DNA from: Eledone cirrhosa | Lineage: Eukaryota | Direction: 5' to 3' | Assembly (NCBI GenBank): GCA_964016885.1 | Contig: OZ024742.1 | Span: 36,952,001 to 37,016,000, forward strand | DNA: 64,000 bases | Part shown: piece after piece, positions 56,282 to 64,000 of the stretch | How the letters are laid out: each line of letters starts with the position of its first letter | Position numbering within the stretch: the stretch's first letter is position 1 | Translations under genes and position numbers: made by a program | The notes under the pieces: model-generated | The model's database searches: none | Seen by the model: the letters and a program-made list of their open reading frames with translations, nothing else | Told to the model about the DNA's origin: nothing

Positions 56282-57323
56282 GGCGATATCCAATTTTAGC
56301 GGCCTAAATGCCGTTTACTTGCTGTAGTTGCTGCTTACTTCAATGTATGAGGCTATTCCAACAAATTTACATTCCCCCTTTTTTAGCCGTTAAAAGAAAT
56401 ATAGATTTATTTATTGTTTTTTTTTTTGCGATTTATTTGCCACTGGGGCATAGATTTCTTTATTTGCCCCTTTTTTGTTTGTTTGTTTTTTTTTGCGATT
56501 TATTAGCCTTTTGAGGTCACACACACCCCCGTAGAAAGTGTGCGACCTTTCTGACAGGGAGCACAGAGAGGGGGGGGGGGGGGCGTTCCCTTCTTCTCTT
56601 ACCTGTACAAGCCGATATAGAGAGATGGCCCACTTACACGTGCCATTATTGCTACTTTCACCCATCTTTCATGGAATTGGCTGGGACTGAGTGCCTTTTT
56701 CTCCACCTTGATCCTTCTTTCGAAGTTGTATCGGAAGAAGATGACCATTTGTTGGCCGGCGACATATCCCAACAGTTTCCTCGTTGCAAACGCATCTGGG
56801 ACATTTCTTTTCCAAGGGGTTTCCCTCCCGGAATCCGTGTTTGTAGAGCCTTTCCCGAACGGGCAGGGCCCCTCGGTATAATAGTAAGTATTAGTGGTTG
56901 TAATAAAAATGCAATCAAAATGTAATAAATACATTCACTGATTTCTTTCCTTATATTATCAACAGAAGTTGGTATGTCACCCAAAGTTCGCTTTGTATGT
57001 TCCCGAATAGCAGTGAATTTTGATAAAACTGTTTCTAATTCCTTCTCCACAGTAAGACAAATATCCATGTGTAGTTGAAGAGGATAAGTATGAAAGAACA
57101 GTCATTTAAATTTACAGATGGACAGATGTGGTGTTTGGCAGGGTTTGAGATATATAGAAAAATAATTATTTACAGAAAAAGAAAATAATAATAAAGAATT
57201 ATTATAATTTTTTAAAAGATTTATATCTTTTTGGACTACACATGGATATTTGTTGGAATAGCCTCATACATTGAAGTAAGCAGCAAGTAAGCGGCATTTA
57301 GGCCGCTAAAATTGGATATCGCC
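56282..57323. mobile_element. Non-autonomous TIR transposon (Merlin-like termini) carrying captured gene fragments
   Basis: TIRs 56282-56366 and 57248-57323 starting GGCGATATCC; 8-bp TSD cagtgtct (56274-56281, 57324-57331). Confidence 0.88.
56933..57068 (-). pseudogene. RMND5: Captured first coding exon of an RMND5/GID2-like E3 ligase gene
   Basis: MDICLTVEKELETVLSKFTAIREHTKRTLGDI..IRKEI resembles my recollection of the RMND5A N-terminus (MDQCVTVERELEKVLHKF); followed by a GT donor. Confidence 0.65.
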
Positions 57324-57765
57324 CAGTGTCTTATTCTCGCTACCACTAGGCCTTACTGAAGTTTTAGGTGATGCTAGTGATCGTGCTTGACTATTCCAGC
57401 ACCTTAGTCTTGTAGCAATGAAAAGTATTTGGTTGGAGCGTGCGAAGAGTTGGTTTGTGTTTTGTATTTTCAATATATATTTTATTAAATAACATTACAA
57501 ATGGGAGTGAAAATATAAACACATGATATATATGCAAAGCATATAAATAAATTTACAGTAGAATAACATAACAAATAGGTTTAAAATATATACATAAATA
57601 ACACTACAAATGCTTATTTAACATTATAAATTGCTCGTGATTCTTTCAGAAGGATATATTCTGATAATGTTGCAATATTCAAGAAAATGTAATGGAAGTG
57701 GTGAACAACCGGGCCAACACCAGAGCGAAAGACTGCAGCGTCGCGAGGAGTACCGGGCAATCTCT

Positions 57766-59080
57766 CTAATGATTTTTTAGGCAAGCCAGCATACTCGCAG
57801 CATTACCTCGAGTGATGGCGAGGCTGATGCGCTGGTACAACCAAGCGCCCTCACGAGATTCGCCAGTTACCTCTATTAGGCGAGCCGCCAGTGAAGAGGG
57901 GAAACTCGCAGTCAGCAGTCCGACTCTGCCATACGTCTCGAAAGCCACAGGCTGGAAAATGTAGCTGGCCGACAGATCACAATATTTGAGGGTCTTGCTC
58001 TGCTCGGCTGCAGAAGCTGTGGCTCTCACCCTAACCACAGCATCCAGGATGTGGGAAGAAACAAAAGAGTCACTAACAGTGACGTCCCAGACAAGGCACC
58101 TGCCCCTCGACCAGGGGCACAGAGTAAGGTCTTTTGCCATCACTTCTGGACAACCCAGATCATTCCAAGATTGAGGGGATGTTCGCCCGGACCAAAGCTC
58201 TCTTGAGAATGAGGTTTAGCTCCGTGTGACGTGCAAAGCGGCCGGCATTCAGGCGGTAAGAAAGAGTGTGGATCCTGTAGAGTCGAGGAGTTTGATGCAT
58301 CTGCACCTCAAACCCATGCAGATGTCAGCTCCCACTCTGAAGGCGATGGAGACATGAAGTTCGTCCAGGCTGAGTAGGCCACCAATGTTGGCTGGCCACA
58401 GGTAGGGCATCAACCCAGTCGCCTGAGTATTTGGTGCTCGCAGATAGTAAGCGGCACCTTGCAAACTGATCCGACTGGATGAAGAGGGAGTCGAAGGTGG
58501 CTTTAGAACTTATGCTGTCCCAAGTTCTCTGACTTCGACTGTCCTCCACCTTCTCAGGAAGAGACAAGCCCAATTCACTCTATTGTTGGAGAGCTTCATC
58601 CAACTCCCTATTGGAACTAGTCCATGTCGGAGAGGAGAGGATGCTGCTCACCAGGGTGGAGCAAGCATGGGTGGAGGAAAGGAAGCAGGGAAGAGAGAGG
58701 GACGAACACTTACGAAGACCAAGACTCCCAAGTCGCTTGGGCAACATAGCCTGATTGCGGGACTCTGGAGAGAATCTAACATTGACTAACTCGAGTCTCT
58801 CAAAGATTAGGTCGTCGAAGTGTTGGAGGCAGGACGGAAATCTATGAGAGGGGCTGACCTTGAGCAGATAGAGAAACTTAGGAATGGACTGGTAGTTCCT
58901 GAGTAAGAAGAAACCTTGATGGGGTTCGATAACTTCAATATTCTTCAGCAGCTGCTCAGGGCCAACTATCTTCGATTGGAAGGAGCACCAAGCTGACGGA
59001 GGAGGGACCGCAATGGAAGGGAAGGACTCCGTAAACAGGTCGATTAGCTATATTCTACATCCCTGGGTTGAAGAAAGTGT
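57766..59080 (-). mobile_element. Decayed CRE-like non-LTR retrotransposon (restriction-like endonuclease C-terminus)
   Basis: LTLCPWSRGRCLVWDVTV, AEQSKTLKY, FQPVAFETYG, QRISLAITRGNAA; upstream CRC..D..G.H..GRFARH knuckle and SGDWVDALP. Confidence 0.8.
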
Positions 59081-59383
59081 TATCTTTGAGAAACCTTAAA
59101 TGACTCGTGGAATACTTTCCCCAAACAAACTGGTGACAACAATTTGAAACAAAAGAAAAATGAACATTGTGTTAGCCAGAGGTCAGCATATGTGGTGACA
59201 CTGACCTACTTTGCTGACATCAACACAAGAGTTCAAATTACTGAAAGTTACACTATACCTGCAGTACTGCTGTGTCTTGGTTTGCCACAAATTTCTTTTA
59301 GAGGGAAACACCAACATTTCCTGTTATAATGTATAATTGAGTGTGCAGACTTTTAAACTTTTTTCGGCTAAACACTACTAAGT

Positions 59384-59645
59384 GGAGGCACGTGGCCTAG
59401 TGGTAAGGGTGTTGGACTTACGATCATAATGTCGTGGGCTCGATTCCTGGGTTGCGTGTTGTGTTCTTGAGCAAAACTTTATTTCACGTTGCTCCAGTAT
59501 ACTCAACTGAAAATGAGTACCAGCAATAGCTGGAGGTTTAACCCTGCGATGGACTGGTGTCCTGTCCAGGGGCCAGCCTTGTACTCTCAGTCGCTTCACG
59601 CCATGAAACCGGGATAAGCACCGGCCAAATGAGCCTTCTGGCAGA
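59384..59645 (+). mobile_element. tRNA-derived SINE with a different 3' part
   Basis: tggcctagtgg A box, ggctcgattcc B box, shared core ttgagcaaaactttatttcac, then cctgcgatggactggtgtcctgtccagggg. Confidence 0.75.
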
Positions 59646-62272
59646 CTTTAGACTTTTTTTTTTAAACACTACTAAACAGCAAAAATAAAACAATCATAAT
59701 AATAATGGTCTCTAATTTAGGCACAAGGCCAGAAATTAAGGTAAGAAGAAAGTCGATTAAATCGAGCCTAGTACTTTATTTCATAGTTCGAGGAAGAATG
59801 AAAAGCAAAGTTGAACTCGGTGGGATTTGAATATCGCAAAGCATTTCATTCGATGCTCTATCCACTCTGTGAACATTCGTGTTTTCAAACTGTGACTACA
59901 AAATTGGTGAACAAGGAAGATAGTTCTGTTAAATATTTAATGTGTCGACCAGATGTTGCTAGATTTCATTTACCACTCTACCTTGGAGTTTTCAGCTTCT
60001 GCTGGAATCATTGGGGCACCGTCAGAGTCCACCCCTCTCCAAGCCTGGCAGCCAATTTCTTCCAGAGAGAAAGATAGAGTGACAAAATGAGGGAAAGATG
60101 AAGATAAATTAACCCCAGTACTAGACTGGTACTTTATTTTATCGACCCCTAAGGGTTGAAAGGCAAATATGAACAGAAATGCGAATTGGACTCAGAGTAC
60201 AGAAAGCCAGAACAAATACCACAGAGCATTCTTCTATTGACTCTGCTAATTCGATGCCTTAGTTCACTTTAATCCGAACATCATGACTTTGATATCTTTT
60301 GAATTGGTGAGCCTGATCTTCACATATATGGTAATATGAATTTTCAATGTAACTACAGACCACTGGTTCAATTTTGTTTCCTCATAGATTTTTAATAATT
60401 TTTCTAATGAAATTTTGCAGAGATACATTTTTGAATGTGTAGATATTTTATTTTATTATTCTATTTTTATGTTTTTTATTTTATTTATTTATTTTTCTTT
60501 TTTTTTTTACAATTCATAGTTGTAGAAATGACATTACATTCCTTTAGAAAATCTATAACAATATCCTGATTGATATTATTCATTATTACCATGAAATTGA
60601 ATAGCATGACAAATAAAATTCCAAGTATACATTTTCTTTCTTTTATCTTTCTTTACTCATAACTTCTGGTGAGGTCATAGAGGCGCTGCACTGACATATG
60701 ACATTTCTTGGGCATTTTTTAAATGTAGCAGAGCGCATTTCCTATCCAGTTCTGAACACAACAAATTTCTTCCAAAGAAGGAGGAAGAGTAGTAGAGAGG
60801 AGGAAGTTAGAAAGAGATATAGAGGAAAAATCTTTCGGTAATGGAGTGGCACTTTTTTTATTGACCTCAAAGGCAAAGTTAACCTCAACAGGATTTGAGA
60901 GCACAGAATCAGAACAAATACCATAAAGCATTCTAATGACTTTGTCAATTTGCCATCTAAGTTAAAGTTTAGCCTACTACAAACACATATCTAAAATATT
61001 CAGATAATGAAAGAATTCATGAATGGATCTATGCAACAATGAAAGTATTTTTTTAAATTCATTTTTTTATTAACATAATCGTAATTAATGATCAGATGTA
61101 AAATATAGGCCCCAAAAGCTGGTAATAGATCCAGACTAGATGTGAAATATAGGCCCCCAAGGCTGCTAACAGATCCAGATCAGATGTAAAATGTAGCCCC
61201 CCCCCCCCCATTACAAATTGTTCATTAAGTATGTAATAGTTTATGTGGTATTCTTTTATTTGTCAAAACAATTGTTAGATCTCTCCAATACAATAAAAAC
61301 AGCAACATCAACACTATACTAAATCTAGAGCACAAACATTAGTTAATAACAAATAAAACCGATACATCAAATTACAGTTTATTCATATAACAAAGTACTC
61401 AGCTGAAAAAATAAGTAGCAGTAACAACAGGTGGTTGTTAACCATACAAACAGCACCAATAACAACAGGTGGTCGTTAACCTTACAAGACAGTGGTGTTT
61501 CAATCACCAATGACACAAATGATATCTGTATGAGCCTCTGTGCTTAGGACAAGCTTTAACTTGATCTTATGCTGTACTTATAAGTAACAGAACATAATGA
61601 AAGAACTACAAGTAGGTTCATGTCAACTGGTGACAAAATTTCAACAACTAATTCTATTAACATGGTCATTCATAATGTTCTCACCTCTATATTGACCAAA
61701 GGCAGTGCTTATGTTCTATCACAGACTGGCATGACAAAAATCTATATTGTCTGCTCCTTTCAAGGTTTCTGTCCAAATCTCATTAACCTAAACAGCCAAA
61801 AACTGACCCTGGTTTTATGATACAAAGCTTTTTGTGTGGTGGTGGTGTGTGTGAGTGAGGGGGGGGGGTATATTTATCCTTATTTTTATGTAAGAATCTG
61901 TGTTAAGTTGTGCTTCAAAAAGCAGTTAATAATGAGAAAATTTGTTATATTATGAAATCTCTCCAAATACTTGATTATTTTCAAAATTATTTGAAAATCA
62001 TAAGCAGTGTCTTTCATTAGAAATATGGAAATGAAAGGGTTAACTTGTTTATGTTTATCTAAAAACCCATCATAATCCTATGTAAGAACTTTATGTTCTA
62101 AACACCAACTTAAGAATTAGAAATAGTGTGAAATCCTTCTAGATTCTTGATTATTTGAAATTGATAAGCAGTGTCTTTCATCAGGGATATGGTAAAGAAA
62201 TCTTTTTTAATAATCACCATATTGAAATTTTATTATCTTTATATTTTATATTGTCTTTATTTCAGGACATCT

Positions 62273-62637
62273 TTTTGATTTCCATGTGTCTAACACACGT
62301 GGTCATGCCCGCAAAGCCAGAAAACAGCACAGCTCCCATCCCATGACTTTCGGAAACATTTTTTCATGCCCAGAGTTGCTGAAGCATGGAACAAACTACC
62401 TGCATCAGTTATTAGCTGTCGAGACACTGCATCCTTTAAAACCTCCATGCTTCCTGAGATTTGCCAACACTACACCTAATATTCCCCCGCCATACACACA
62501 CACACACACATGTATATCATGACTCATACACTATTCACTTCCCTGACATTTGTATATTATTCTCTGTACTATAAATGCACTTTTGACGAGTTATAGCGCA
62601 CCTGAGCACTGTACACAATAATTTCATTATTATTATA
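62273..62637 (+). mobile_element. CR1/L2-group LINE 3' fragment in the 5' UTR of the ZNF paralog
   Basis: TRGHARKARKQHS..FRKHFF..RVAEAWNKLPAS; (ATT)n tail; interrupts homology with 52185-52207. Confidence 0.7.
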
Positions 62638-62837
62638 TGAATTTCTGAGCCAAGATACAAGAAATTTCTCACATCCTAAAGACTAAAGAATGACATTGTT
62701 GCTAAATACATGTCAATTTGTTTAAATAACCTTAATTCAAATACTGTGAAATATTTCCTGACTTCAGATGAATTTGAAATATATTTCATTGTTGTGATAT
62801 AGAAATAATTTGTATATTGTGAATAAGGTTTGATATT

Positions 62838-63095
62838 ATGGAAGAAGGGGAGGTGTGTGAGAATGAGGGTAAGAGTAAGTGTAAAACTATTGCCTTATCT
62901 CATCAAACACAGAGACGTGCAAAGAAAAGACCACACCACTGTGACATCTGTGGTAAGACTTTCCAACAAAATAACCACCTTATTGATCACAAACGTACTC
63001 ATACAGGTGAGAAACCATACCACTGTGACATCTGTGGCAAGTTATTTGCAGCACTTAGTAATTTAATTCAACATAAAATACACCTCACCAGGTAA
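62838..63095 (+). pseudogene. Truncated inverted paralog of the C2H2 ZNF gene (one intact finger plus one divergent finger)
   Basis: First 68 aa match 50569-51999 except Y>H; upstream 62070-62837 is homologous to 52000-52395. Confidence 0.8.
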
Positions 63096-64000
63096 GCAGC
63101 CGATCAATCGGGTATAGTCGCAGAGATGTTGAAAGCATCGAGGTCGGTGGGTCACACCTTAACTACACGTATTGTAAACCAAGTAATACTAAATGGTGTC
63201 AAATTGAATGACTGGCGCAGCAGCATCATTGTCGTCTGCTATAAGGGTAAAGGAGATGCACCAGATAGAGGAAACTATAGCGGTATCAAGTTGATGGACC
63301 AGGTCATGAAAGTAACGGAAAGAGTTAAAGCACTGCTGATTAGGGACGAGGTAAATCTAGATGAGATGCAGTTCAAATTTGTACCAGGTAAAAGCACCTC
63401 AGATGTTCTCTTCCTGGTGAAGGCGCTACAGGAGAAGTACCTAGCTAAGGGTAAGCCACTCTACCTGCCATTTGTTCATCTGGTGAAAGCTTTTGACAGA
63501 GTCCCTCATACCATAATCTGGTGGGCTCTTAGAAAACTAGGAGTATATGAGTGGCTTGTGAAGGCTGAACAAGCCATGTATAAGAGAGCAGTCAGAAAAG
63601 TTAGGATTAACGACTATAGCAAAGAATTTAGCATGCAGGTTGGCGTCCACCAGGGCTGTTCTTAGCGCTCTCCTGTCTATTATCGTACTGCAGGCTATAA
63701 CAGAGGAATTTAAGATTGGTTGTGCATAGGAACTCCTGTACATGGATGATCTTACACTCATAGCTGAGTCTATGGAACTAGAAGCATGGCCTAGAAACAA
63801 AGGGTCTTAAGGTCAAGCCAACAAAGACTAAAGTCCTAGTAAGTAGAAGGGAAAACAGATCCCTGATCCCGTTGGGGAAATGGCCTTACTCAGTGTGTAG
63901 GAAAGGTGTAGGTAGAAATTCAATCCTCTGTCCCAAATGCAAACTATGGGTAACACGAGATACTGTGGGATCTCAGGTCGTTTAGCTAAGAATGTAGGTT
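63087..64000 (+). mobile_element. Degenerate RTE fragment, runs off the window
   Basis: [27 protein letters not shown]; stops and frameshifts. Confidence 0.88.

Noticed and set aside
61090-61200. 2.5-copy ~44-bp tandem repeat
   Set aside because: Ordinary minisatellite with no further structure

Overview
Eukaryotic, AT-rich, repeat-saturated animal DNA. The combination of (TA/TATG)n microsatellites, RTE LINEs with (GAT)n tails, tRNA-derived SINEs and a single-exon HCDICGK-type C2H2 zinc-finger gene suggests a cephalopod such as Octopus (inference). Most ORFs in the track are microsatellite or antisense artefacts. Host genes: two spliced exons of a TRIM-like RING/B-box/coiled-coil gene (32950-38396, +), a 16-finger C2H2 gene (50569-51999, -) and a truncated inverted paralog (62838-63095, +). 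The most notable content is a set of hammerhead-ribozyme (HHR) retroelements sitting in (TA)n tracts. (1) A nearly intact Penelope-like element (RT + GIY-YIG, probably Naiad-type) forms an 11.6-kb head-to-head palindrome; its HHR has a ~116-nt stem II and its 5' end lies 6 nt after the predicted cleavage site. (2) A non-coding 476-bp tandem array has one minimal HHR per unit and the same head-to-head architecture (retrozyme-like). (3) Several small hairpin footprints of other HHR families occur. Also present: a 1-kb TIR transposon with an 8-bp TSD (Merlin-like termini) that captured the first coding exon of an RMND5-like gene, a 5'-inverted RTE, nested TTAA MITEs and a decayed CRE-like element. 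All calls were made by eye; no searches or folding were run.
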